Positions 10,416 through 18,408 of a DNA stretch of 32,000 bases are shown piece by piece. Below the pieces are notes generated by a model. It did no database searches. It was not told the DNA's origin and was given only the letters and a program-made list of their open reading frames with translations. The position numbers and the translations under genes were made by a program. Within the stretch, counting starts at the first letter, position 1. Every line of letters begins with the position of its first letter. This DNA is from Cyanobacterium sp. T60_A2020_053 (GTDB lineage Bacteria; Cyanobacteriota; Cyanobacteriia; Cyanobacteriales; Cyanobacteriaceae): positions 61,683 to 93,682 of the forward strand of contig JACYMF010000086.1 of the NCBI GenBank assembly GCA_015272165.1. Direction: 5' to 3'.

Positions 10416-11051
10416 TTGGCTAGAATAAGACTGCGTCAACACGTTAACCCATTAAGTATTCAATACCAGCGCCCTTCACCGTTACCAGATTGGGCAGATA
10501 TTTACCAAGATTTATCTTTACCTTTATATATTGATATTGGTTGCGCTAGAGGGCATTTTATTGCTCAAATGGCACAAATTGAAACGCAAATAAATTTTCT
10601 CGGTATTGAAATTCGGCGCGCGCTGGTGACAGAAGCAAATCAATGGCGCGATGACAATAATTTAACTAATTTACATTATTTATTTGCCAATCTTAACCAT
10701 GACTTAAAAGACTTATTACAGTCATTACCCTGTGAAAAAATAAAAATGATTATGGTACAATTTCCCGATCCTTGGTTTAAGAAAAAACATCAAAAAAGAA
10801 GAGTAATTCAACCAGAAATTATCGATATTTTTGCTCAATATTTACCTAATGAATGTCAAATTTTCTTGCAATCAGACATCAAAGAAGTAGCAGAAGAAAT
10901 GGCACAACGTTTTTTATCACATCCTCGCTTTTCTCCCCAACATCCTGATATTTGGTTAAAACAAAGTCCTTTTGCTGTTAAAACCGAGAGAGAAATCGCC
11001 ACCGAAAATAAACATCAACCCGTTTATCGCACTTTAATTAGAGTGCGCTGA
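10416..11051 (+). CDS. trmB: tRNA (guanine-N7)-methyltransferase
   Basis: The 211-aa ORF has the FPDPWFKKKHQKRR motif and the IDIGCARG SAM-binding region. Confidence 0.9.
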   Translation: MARIRLRQHVNPLSIQYQRPSPLPDWADIYQDLSLPLYIDIGCARGHFIAQMAQIETQINFLGIEIRRALVTEANQWRDDNNLTNLHYLFANLNHDLKDLLQSLPCEKIKMIMVQFPDPWFKKKHQKRRVIQPEIIDIFAQYLPNECQIFLQSDIKEVAEEMAQRFLSHPRFSPQHPDIWLKQSPFAVKTEREIATENKHQPVYRTLIRVR

Positions 11052-11302
11052 AAAAGTATTTCGGTGAGGGGAGGTATTAGGCTTCAGGTGTCAGGTTTCA
11101 GGTGAAATACTTATAAATTAAAGACTTTAGCCAAATATTTATTTTTTAGAAATTACTCATTTGTATCAATAATTTTTGATTCGGATGGAAAAAATAGAGT
11201 ATTTTTAAAGAAAAAAGTCAATTTATGACACTTTTTGTTATGTAGAATAGACTTGAAGCCTTTATTTAACAAGGGTTTTGATTTATTCAGCAGACCCTAA
11301 TC
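11036..11302 (-). mobile_element. Family-1 MITE-like element, copy A (267 bp)
   Basis: It is roughly 93-95% identical by eye to the reverse complement of 14761-15027. Its termini are aattagagtgcgctgaaaaagt and gatttattcagcagaccctaat. It overlaps the last 16 nt of trmB. Confidence 0.75.
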
Positions 11303-11556
11303 AACCCTTGATGCATTATGAATTACAATTTCCCGCTTTCTCTGCTTCCTCTGCTTCCTCCGCCTCCTCTGCTTCCCTTTCCCCCTTGCGTTTAAAAGTA
11401 TAAAGAAAAAATAATTATTTACATCGCAAAGGTTAACCGAAAGTTTATACTAAGTGGGTACATTGATAATAAATTCTTATTTTTAGCCTAGATTTAATCA
11501 ATAAAACGGCTGAAAATTGATCCCAATGCCCTTAAAATCTAGTTTAGATAACGATT

Positions 11557-11572
11557 TCATGGTTAACCATGA
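11557..11572. promoter_or_regulatory. 16-bp perfect palindrome TCATGGTTAACCATGA upstream of rbcR
   Basis: The sequence is its own reverse complement and ends 33 nt before the rbcR ATG. It is a possible operator, but no functional evidence exists. Confidence 0.3.
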
Positions 11573-11605
11573 CACTTTTTACTCAAAATCATTGCAAAAT
11601 TAATT

Positions 11606-12607
11606 ATGGCTGAAATTCCTTTTTCCCTCGATCAATTACGGATTTTAAAAGCAATCGCTGAGGAAGGTAGCTTCAAGCGTGCCGCCGATAGTTTATATGT
11701 GTCTCAACCTGCCATTAGTTTACAAATTCAAAACCTTGAAAAACAATTAACCGTGCCTTTATTTGATCGAGGGGGAAGGAAAGCACAACTAACAGAAGCA
11801 GGAAACCTTTTACTTGCCTATGGTGAAAAAATTATTACCCTCTGTCAAGAAACCTGTCGGGCTATTGAAGACTTGCAAAACCTTCAGGGTGGGACTCTTA
11901 TTGTCGGCGCATCTCAAACTACGGGAACATATTTACTACCCAGAATGATTGGTTTATTTCACCAAAAATATCCCTATGTATCGGTACAATTACAAGTACA
12001 TTCTACCAGAAGGACATCTTGGGCAGTAGCCAATGGACAAGTTGACTTGGCAATTATTGGCGGTGAAGTGCCATCTGAGTTAAAAGAAGTTTTGGAGATA
12101 ATTCCTTATGCTGAGGATGAATTGGCATTAATTATTCCCCCCAATCATCCTTTGGCACAACAGGAAACCATTGCTAAGGAAGATTTGTACCACTTGAATT
12201 ATATTACCCTTGACTCTCAATCTACCATCCGTAAGGTGATCGATCAAGTGTTAACGAGGGGTAATATTAGAACGAATGATTTAAAAGTAGAAATGGAATT
12301 AAATTCCATTGAAGCCATCAAAAATGCTGTTTTATCTGGTTTAGGGGCTTCTTTCGTCTCGGTGACTGCCATTGAAAAAGAGTTAAAAATGGGAGTTTTG
12401 CATCGTGCCACCATTGATGGTGTAGAAATCAGGCGCACTCTATCGGTTATTGTCAATTCTAACCGTTATCGCTCGAAGGCCGCAGAGGCTTTCATTAAGG
12501 AAATTTTACCACAGTTTTCTACTGAGAATTATAGTCAATCTTTAGACCGTTTATCTCAAGAAAATAATACTTTTTTAGATACGCAGGTAGAAATTTCTGA
12601 AAGTTAA
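11606..12607 (+). CDS. rbcR: LysR-type transcriptional regulator RbcR (Ycf30)
   Basis: [44 protein letters not shown] and [21 protein letters not shown] closely follow the cyanobacterial RbcR/Ycf30 pattern. Confidence 0.85.
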   Translation: MAEIPFSLDQLRILKAIAEEGSFKRAADSLYVSQPAISLQIQNLEKQLTVPLFDRGGRKAQLTEAGNLLLAYGEKIITLCQETCRAIEDLQNLQGGTLIVGASQTTGTYLLPRMIGLFHQKYPYVSVQLQVHSTRRTSWAVANGQVDLAIIGGEVPSELKEVLEIIPYAEDELALIIPPNHPLAQQETIAKEDLYHLNYITLDSQSTIRKVIDQVLTRGNIRTNDLKVEMELNSIEAIKNAVLSGLGASFVSVTAIEKELKMGVLHRATIDGVEIRRTLSVIVNSNRYRSKAAEAFIKEILPQFSTENYSQSLDRLSQENNTFLDTQVEISES

Positions 12608-12843
12608 GGTTTTTCCGTAGTCTAACGGATGGCAATGATCCCCATATTTTGGATAATGATAGTTAGTAGGTATAAATGAATAATGAACTATTATCGATAG
12701 TTCAAGTCTGAAACCTTTTGCCTACTTTTACTAATTTTTCAGTAATTCTTATTCAGTAGTAATTTTTGATTATTAAGGATAATATTTTCTTAAAATTTTT
12801 TAGTTGTTGCTAATTGTATCCGTAAAAATATTAGGTAAACATA

Positions 12844-13872
12844 ATGACTATGTATGATCAGAATATGGGAGATTTGGTTAAAAATGCCATGTTTCAATGG
12901 GGGGATAGTATTCCTCCTAAAGTGATGGTAGTTGATGATCAACCCTATAGCCTGTTACACGCTGTGGATTTATTAATCTATCAGGGTTGTGAAGTGGTAG
13001 AATGTGATAATAGTTTAAATGTATTAAGTTTAGCGTTAGAACATGATCCAGATGTGATTTTGATGGATATATTTATGCCGGAAAGAGATGGTTTAACGTT
13101 AGTGCAGGAGATCAAAAAAGATAGTCATGTTAATAATATTCCCATTATATTGATGACAGTAACGGAAGAACCGATGCTGTGGCGAAAGGCGCACTCCGCC
13201 GGAGTAGTGGATATTCTGTTGAAGCCTTTAGATGAAAGTGTTTTAGGGAATCGGTTACTGGCGCTAACTCAACAAAAAAGGTTAAATGAGCGTCTCTGGC
13301 AAACTCAGAGAATGTTATTTAATGTTGCCCAAGCGGTGGATAAACGTAATCAGCAAGAGGAAGAGAAGAAGGTTAGTTTAACCGAAATAATGACTAACTT
13401 TGCGCAATTTTTACAATTAGGCAGTTGTCAAATTGAAGATTTGATTTTTGCTAGTTATCTCCATGATATTGGTATGGTGCAGATTCCTGATCATATTTTG
13501 TTAAAAAGTGAGCCTTTGACTGCTGGAGAAAAGGAGTTAATAAATCAACACGTTTTAATCGGCGAGAAAATTTGTCAGCCGTTATATCAGCGCCCTTCCA
13601 TCATGCAAATTATTCGCCATCATCATGAAAAGTGGGATGGTAGTGGTTATCCTGATCATTTGCGAGGTGATACTATTCCTTTTTTAACGCAAGTTTTCCA
13701 AATTGTCGATATTTATTATGCTTTAATTACTCCAAAATCCTACAAACCTGCTTATTCTGCGGGGAGGGCGCTGGATATTTTGTTAGACGAAGTAAGAAAA
13801 GGATGGCGTAATCCTGATTTAGTGAATCAATTTATCAATTTTTTGGGCTTTGAAACACAGTTAAGTGATTAA
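12844..13872 (+). CDS. Response regulator with a receiver domain and an HD-GYP domain
   Basis: The receiver has VMVVDD ... ILMDIFMP. The C-terminal domain has HDIGM and HHEKWDGSGYPDHL, the HD-GYP signature. Confidence 0.85.
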   Translation: MTMYDQNMGDLVKNAMFQWGDSIPPKVMVVDDQPYSLLHAVDLLIYQGCEVVECDNSLNVLSLALEHDPDVILMDIFMPERDGLTLVQEIKKDSHVNNIPIILMTVTEEPMLWRKAHSAGVVDILLKPLDESVLGNRLLALTQQKRLNERLWQTQRMLFNVAQAVDKRNQQEEEKKVSLTEIMTNFAQFLQLGSCQIEDLIFASYLHDIGMVQIPDHILLKSEPLTAGEKELINQHVLIGEKICQPLYQRPSIMQIIRHHHEKWDGSGYPDHLRGDTIPFLTQVFQIVDIYYALITPKSYKPAYSAGRALDILLDEVRKGWRNPDLVNQFINFLGFETQLSD

Positions 13873-13905
13873 ATAAAATCTGGTGAATAAATCAAAACCC
13901 TTGTA

Positions 13906-14082
13906 ATATCAAGTTCGGATAATCCGTTATAAATAGATGGTATCTTCGCAATTTCCCCACCGTGTAATGAATTACACGGAACCAATAGTATCCCGTTCAA
14001 TAAATTGAACTAAGATTATGTTGAATTGATTTATAAGTGATCGCGCAGCGGCAGCCTTCGGCTGATCAAACGGACTTAATAT
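13906..14082 (-). mobile_element. Family-2 MITE-like element (177 bp) carrying a 25-bp secondary insertion
   Basis: Its termini are atatcaagttcgg and cggacttaatat (imperfect TIR; compare the perfect 12-bp TIR at 27856/27949). Internal palindromes are ccgtgtaatgaattacacgg (13960-13979) and gttcaataaattgaac. Confidence 0.65.
14043..14067. other. 25-bp GC-rich insertion (21 nt plus a duplicated GATC) inside the family-2 MITE
   Basis: 14031-14082 reads ttataagtGATCgcgcagcggcagccttcggctGATCaaacgg. The homologous copy (reverse complement of 27868-27890) reads ttataagtGATCaaacg. Confidence 0.6.
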
Positions 14083-14087
14083 AATTA

Positions 14088-14687
14088 ATGCAACCCTTAA
14101 ATATGACTCAAAATATTTGGCTATTAAGACATGGTAATCGCCATGATTTTGTTCACCCAGAGTGGTTTAAAAGCGCCCCTAAACGTTACGATCCACCCTT
14201 GTCTGAGGATGGTATGATACAGGTGCAAAGCCTTGCTAATAAGTGGCAAAACGCCGATATTAAACATATTTTTGCTTCGCCCTTTTTGCGCACCATTCAA
14301 ACGGCGCACCCCATCGCTGACAAGTTACACCTCAAAATAAAACTAGAAGCTGGTTTAGGGGAATGGCATAACCCGGATTGGATGACTGAAGCCCCAGAAA
14401 TTCATAGCCGAGAGGAGTTAGAAAAAAAATATCCCCTCATCGATTGGGGTTACGCTAGCCAAATTGTGCCACAATATCCCGAAAATGAAAGCGCCCTCCA
14501 CACACGCCTAGCGCACCTCGCCCTATTTCTCACCCAACGGTATGAGACTAATTTATTATTAGTTGCCCATAGTCACACAGTGGCAGGAATAGCTAACGCT
14601 TTATTACCTACTCCTCAAAAATTTACGATTCCTGTGGGTAGTTATCTTCACCTACAACAACAAGAAAGGCGGTGGGCGCTGGTTTAA
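14088..14687 (+). CDS. Histidine phosphatase family protein (phosphoglycerate mutase-like)
   Basis: It has the LLRHGNR catalytic motif near the N terminus and LLVAHSH later in the sequence. Confidence 0.8.
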   Translation: MQPLNMTQNIWLLRHGNRHDFVHPEWFKSAPKRYDPPLSEDGMIQVQSLANKWQNADIKHIFASPFLRTIQTAHPIADKLHLKIKLEAGLGEWHNPDWMTEAPEIHSREELEKKYPLIDWGYASQIVPQYPENESALHTRLAHLALFLTQRYETNLLLVAHSHTVAGIANALLPTPQKFTIPVGSYLHLQQQERRWALV

Positions 14688-14760
14688 TTAGGCTTTGCTG
14701 AAAGTGTCTCGCCTCGATATGCGAAGGGGAAGCAAAGGAAGAAGAGGAAGCAGATGAGAT

Positions 14761-15027
14761 AATTAGAGTCTGCTGAATAAATCAAAACTCTTGTCAAATA
14801 AAGGTTTAAAGTCTATTCTACATAACAAAAAGTGTCATAAATTGACTTTTTTCTCTAAAAATACTCTATTTTTTCCATCCCAATCAAAAATTATTGATAC
14901 AAATGAGTAATTTCTAAAAAATAAATATTTGGCTAAAGTCTTTAATTTATAAGTATTTCACCTGAAACCTGACACCTGAAGCCTAATACCTCCCCTCACG
15001 ACTCCACTTTTTCAGCACCACCTAATT
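14761..15027 (+). mobile_element. Family-1 MITE-like element, copy B (267 bp)
   Basis: Its termini aattagagtctgctgaataaatc and actttttcagcaccacctaatt form TTAGG-N3-4-GCTGAA inverted repeats. It contains an ACCTGAN heptad array at 14960-14980. Confidence 0.75.
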
Positions 15028-15057
15028 AATAGTCTTTCATTATCAATTATCCATTGT

Positions 15058-15606
15058 CTAATCACATCCTAAACTATCCCTAGTATCAGCGCCCGTCACC
15101 GTATTGATACCAGATGCCCTTTCGCACATCAAAGCCACCTGATAACGATCAATTACAGCGCCCGTAAAATCAGCCCCGGTAATATCAGTATCATAAAAAC
15201 GGGAACGAATAGCAATAGCATCTACAAAAATAGCATCAGTGAGATCAGAAAAATCAAAAGTCACTCGATCAATTAAAGCGCCCGTCAAATTAACCCCATG
15301 TAAATCTGCATGAAATAAAACCCCCTCCGTCATAATGGCATTAGTTAAATCAGAATGACGAAAAGAAACATCCCTCATGCTAGAAGCAGCAAAAACTGAG
15401 CCTACTAAATCACGATCGGAAAAATCCTGACCATCCAACTCCCCATAGGTTATATTAACAGGAGTTTGAGCCATAGCAGGGGTGGCAGTGGCAATGATCA
15501 TTAAAATTGCTAAAATAAACGAAATAATGACTTTTTTCAACATAAAATAGGACGAGATAAGACATAGATCATTTGTAGCATATTTATCAACACTTAAAAA
15601 TTTCAT
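15058..15606 (-). CDS. Pentapeptide-repeat protein with a signal peptide
   Basis: It has tandem A(D/N)LxG-type pentapeptides (FSDRDLVGSVFAASSMRDVSFRHSDLTNAIM...). The likely start is the Met at 15543 (MLKKVIISFILAILMIIATATPAMA). Confidence 0.8.
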   Translation of the reverse strand: MKFLSVDKYATNDLCLISSYFMLKKVIISFILAILMIIATATPAMAQTPVNITYGELDGQDFSDRDLVGSVFAASSMRDVSFRHSDLTNAIMTEGVLFHADLHGVNLTGALIDRVTFDFSDLTDAIFVDAIAIRSRFYDTDITGADFTGAVIDRYQVALMCERASGINTVTGADTRDSLGCD

Positions 15607-15620
15607 TATCTACTTCTAAC

Positions 15621-15638
15621 AAGGGGTTAAAACCCCTT
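15621..15638. repeat. Small palindromic hairpin AAGGGGTTAAAACCCCTT (related copy at 18376-18395)
   Basis: It is a perfect palindrome. Both copies are preceded by TAACAAGGGG. Confidence 0.6.
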
Positions 15639-15677
15639 ATCTATATGTAACTCCCACAAAGATTTATCACCATAACA

Positions 15678-16886
15678 ATGCAAAAACCTTTAACTTGGCA
15701 AGAATTAAGCGCCCTTCACCCCGATTTTAACCCCGATTTAGTTAACGGTGATACCAACTCTCAGGCGCACCTCAGACTATTCGGACATCAAGAACATGAA
15801 ATACAAGTAATCTTATATAGAGATAATCATGCTTGGTGTCCCTATTGTCAAAAAATTTGGTTATGGTTAGAAGAAAAGAGAATCCCTTACCGTATCGAAA
15901 AAGTGACCATGTTTTGTTATGGTCAAAAAGAAGATTGGTATAAACGAAAAGTGCCTTCGGGGATGTTACCAGCAGTGGAATTAAAAGGTAAATTAATCAC
16001 CGAAAGTGATGATATTATTATCGCTCTTGAGCAAGAATTTGGGGTATTATATCGAGGAATGTTAGACCCAGAAGTTATACCCCTAAGACGTTTAGAACGT
16101 TTATTATTTCGAGCGTGGTGTAATTGGTTATGTCGTCAAGCGCGCATCCCCTTCCAAGAAAAAAATCATCAAGAGCAATTCCGAGAAGTTGCCTTAATGG
16201 TAGAATCTGCCTTAGACTCCTCTCCTTCCCCTTATTTTCTGTCCGAATTTAGTACGGCTGACCTAGTTTTTATTCCCTATGTGGAAAGAATGAACGCTAG
16301 TTTATACTACTATAAAGGTTATTCCCTCACCGCAGAACACCCCAAGATTGAGCAATGGTTTCGGGCGCTGGAAACGCGCGCTACCTATCGAGGCACTCAA
16401 AGCGATTTTCACACCCATGCCCACGACTTACCCCCTCAAATGGGCGGATGTTGGGAAAATGGCACTGCTCAAGCTAAGAAAAATCAGCAACAAGTGGATC
16501 AAGGTTCATGGTTTGACATACCAGACGTTTACTATCCAGCGCCCGACAACGCCCGTCAAGAAGCTCTGTATCGAGTCATCAAACATAAAGATAATATCAT
16601 CAAAGTTAATCCAGCTAATCCTCAAGTGATGGATTTAGCCCTGCGTAGCGCTTTAACTTATATGATGACTGGGGAGATGTATCAACCGATGGAGGGCGCT
16701 GATGAGGCTCTGAGATACCTGAGAGATCGAATTAACGTACCCCGTGATATGTCCATTCACGCTAGTAAATATCTGCGTACTGCTTTAGAAGATACAGCTA
16801 GTTTGGTGGGCGCTGGGCAAGGAAAACCCATTCCGTTTAATCATAGACGAGATCAAGACCCTTTAAATTTTCGTGAGCATAATTGA
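15678..16886 (+). CDS. Glutathione S-transferase family protein (long form)
   Basis: It has a thioredoxin-like N-terminal domain with [18 protein letters not shown], followed by an alpha-helical GST C-terminal-like region. Confidence 0.7.
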   Translation: MQKPLTWQELSALHPDFNPDLVNGDTNSQAHLRLFGHQEHEIQVILYRDNHAWCPYCQKIWLWLEEKRIPYRIEKVTMFCYGQKEDWYKRKVPSGMLPAVELKGKLITESDDIIIALEQEFGVLYRGMLDPEVIPLRRLERLLFRAWCNWLCRQARIPFQEKNHQEQFREVALMVESALDSSPSPYFLSEFSTADLVFIPYVERMNASLYYYKGYSLTAEHPKIEQWFRALETRATYRGTQSDFHTHAHDLPPQMGGCWENGTAQAKKNQQQVDQGSWFDIPDVYYPAPDNARQEALYRVIKHKDNIIKVNPANPQVMDLALRSALTYMMTGEMYQPMEGADEALRYLRDRINVPRDMSIHASKYLRTALEDTASLVGAGQGKPIPFNHRRDQDPLNFREHN

Positions 16887-17021
16887 TCACTTATAAATTA
16901 ATTAAAAATAATCTTAGTTCAATTTATTGAACGGAATACTGTTGGTTCCGTGTAATTCATTACACGGTGGGTAAAGTGCGAAGATATAATCTATTTGTAA
17001 CTAATTATCCGAACTTGATGT
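16884..17021 (+). mobile_element. Family-2 MITE-like element lacking its left TIR
   Basis: tgatcacttataaatt ... gttcaatttattgaac ... ccgtgtaattcattacacgg (16948-16967) ... ccgaacttgatgt. A further partial repeat lies at 17022-17055. Confidence 0.6.
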
Positions 17022-17103
17022 AATTCATTATACGGTGGGTAAATTACTTATTCATCAATTGAAAATTGAGGCTCAATTCGTCACTGTAGAAAAGTTACAA
17101 AAC

Positions 17104-17352
17104 CTAATCCCATTTTAATTTAGCGCGATCTTTCCCCTCTTCACGGCGAATCTTACTATCGGCTTCCATCCAAGCGATAATTTGCTCACCACTTAAACTA
17201 CTTACCTCCACTTGTAAATCTTCAGCAATTAACGATAGTAAACGTAAAGAAGAAATAGTTAAACGAGTTAAAAACTTTTCTTGGCTAGTGAGGAGGGCGC
17301 CCTCCACCGCCATAGATTCATCTCGACTTAGAAACTGCTCATTATTCATCAT
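17104..17352 (-). CDS. Hypothetical 82-aa protein, third gene of the clpS cluster
   Basis: The ORF starts 2 nt after the stop of the upstream ORF. I recognise no family. Confidence 0.5.
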   Translation of the reverse strand: MMNNEQFLSRDESMAVEGALLTSQEKFLTRLTISSLRLLSLIAEDLQVEVSSLSGEQIIAWMEADSKIRREEGKDRAKLKWD

Positions 17353-17354
17353 GT

Positions 17355-17642
17355 TTAAATAATTTTGCTAATAATATCCTCTAACTCAATCTGAGTTAAA
17401 TCAGTAATAATAAAAACTTCCTGCACACTTTTACCCTGACGGGCAATCAACTTAAACCCCCCCCTAATCGGCACAGATACCTTTAATTTCATTTTGGGAA
17501 TATGACTACGAGAGCGACTTAAAACCGCCGGGGTAATGGTACGGATGCCCTCATAAACCACCAATTTTTCTAAAATAGCAATCAAACCATCCAAATGGGT
17601 AGAATGATTCCAGACGATTCGACCAGAAGGGGTTTGACTCAT
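17355..17642 (-). CDS. Hypothetical 95-aa protein, second gene of the clpS cluster
   Basis: Its start ATG overlaps the clpS stop codon (ATGA, 17639-17642). I recognise no family. Confidence 0.55.
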   Translation of the reverse strand: MSQTPSGRIVWNHSTHLDGLIAILEKLVVYEGIRTITPAVLSRSRSHIPKMKLKVSVPIRGGFKLIARQGKSVQEVFIITDLTQIELEDIISKII

Positions 17643-17944
17643 GATGCCTCCAAGGGCGCCATAGTTAAACCTTCCCTTCTTAACTGTTGATGATATAACT
17701 CAGCCTGTTCCAAAGGACCAGCCCACACCAGCGCCCTCCCCTCAAAATGTACCTGATTAGTCAATTCCCAAGCAAGAGTTTCCGTCATATTAGGAATGTA
17801 GGTTAATAAACAGTTAGCAACGTGCTGAAAAGTATTAAAATCATCATCTAAAACAATGACCTTAAAATTAGGGTAAGATTTGCGTACAGTCTCACTTGAG
17901 CGAGAAGGGATAGTGATAGTTGTTCCTAAAACGGTTAAACTCAT
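17639..17944 (-). CDS. clpS: ATP-dependent Clp protease adaptor ClpS
   Basis: The 101-aa ORF has YKVIVLDDDFNTFQHV ... VHFEGRALVWAGPLEQAELY, the ClpS core pattern. Confidence 0.9.
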   Translation of the reverse strand: MSLTVLGTTITIPSRSSETVRKSYPNFKVIVLDDDFNTFQHVANCLLTYIPNMTETLAWELTNQVHFEGRALVWAGPLEQAELYHQQLRREGLTMAPLEAS

Positions 17945-18375
17945 AAAAGGTTTTATGGAAACTATGACGATTTTTTTACATTAACGATTGTATCATACCA
18001 CTAATAGACATGAACCTCCCCCCCTTCCTCTTCCTAAGCAGGGCGTTTTCAAAGTCAGGGTAAAATTGCATTTTTTTTAGTCGCTTTAGCAGACTGTTGC
18101 TATGAGCCTTGTCAATTTATTGCAAGGCAGATCATTCATTGGTCAAAACCTTTATCCCACAATGAAATAAATTTCTGCTAACAGCTCAACTCTACTAAAG
18201 TGAGTTAAATTTTTCTAAAAAATCAAGTTTTTAACTATTATTTGATTAATTAGTAGTTAAAAACCTCTGAATTTCAGACTATTAGATAGTTTGAGAAATT
18301 AACAATTTTGAGAATGAAAAAACTCTGGAGCTAGGGGGGGTGAGGGCAAACCATTTTGAAACAGCCTTGATATAA

Positions 18376-18395
18376 CAAGGGGTTTAAACCCCTTG
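18376..18395. repeat. Small palindromic hairpin CAAGGGGTTTAAACCCCTTG, just 3' of the 153-aa ORF
   Basis: It is a perfect palindrome related to 15621-15638. It could act as a terminator for the minus-strand ORF ending at 18409. Confidence 0.55.
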
Positions 18396-18408
18396 CCTTA
18401 CAAACAAT

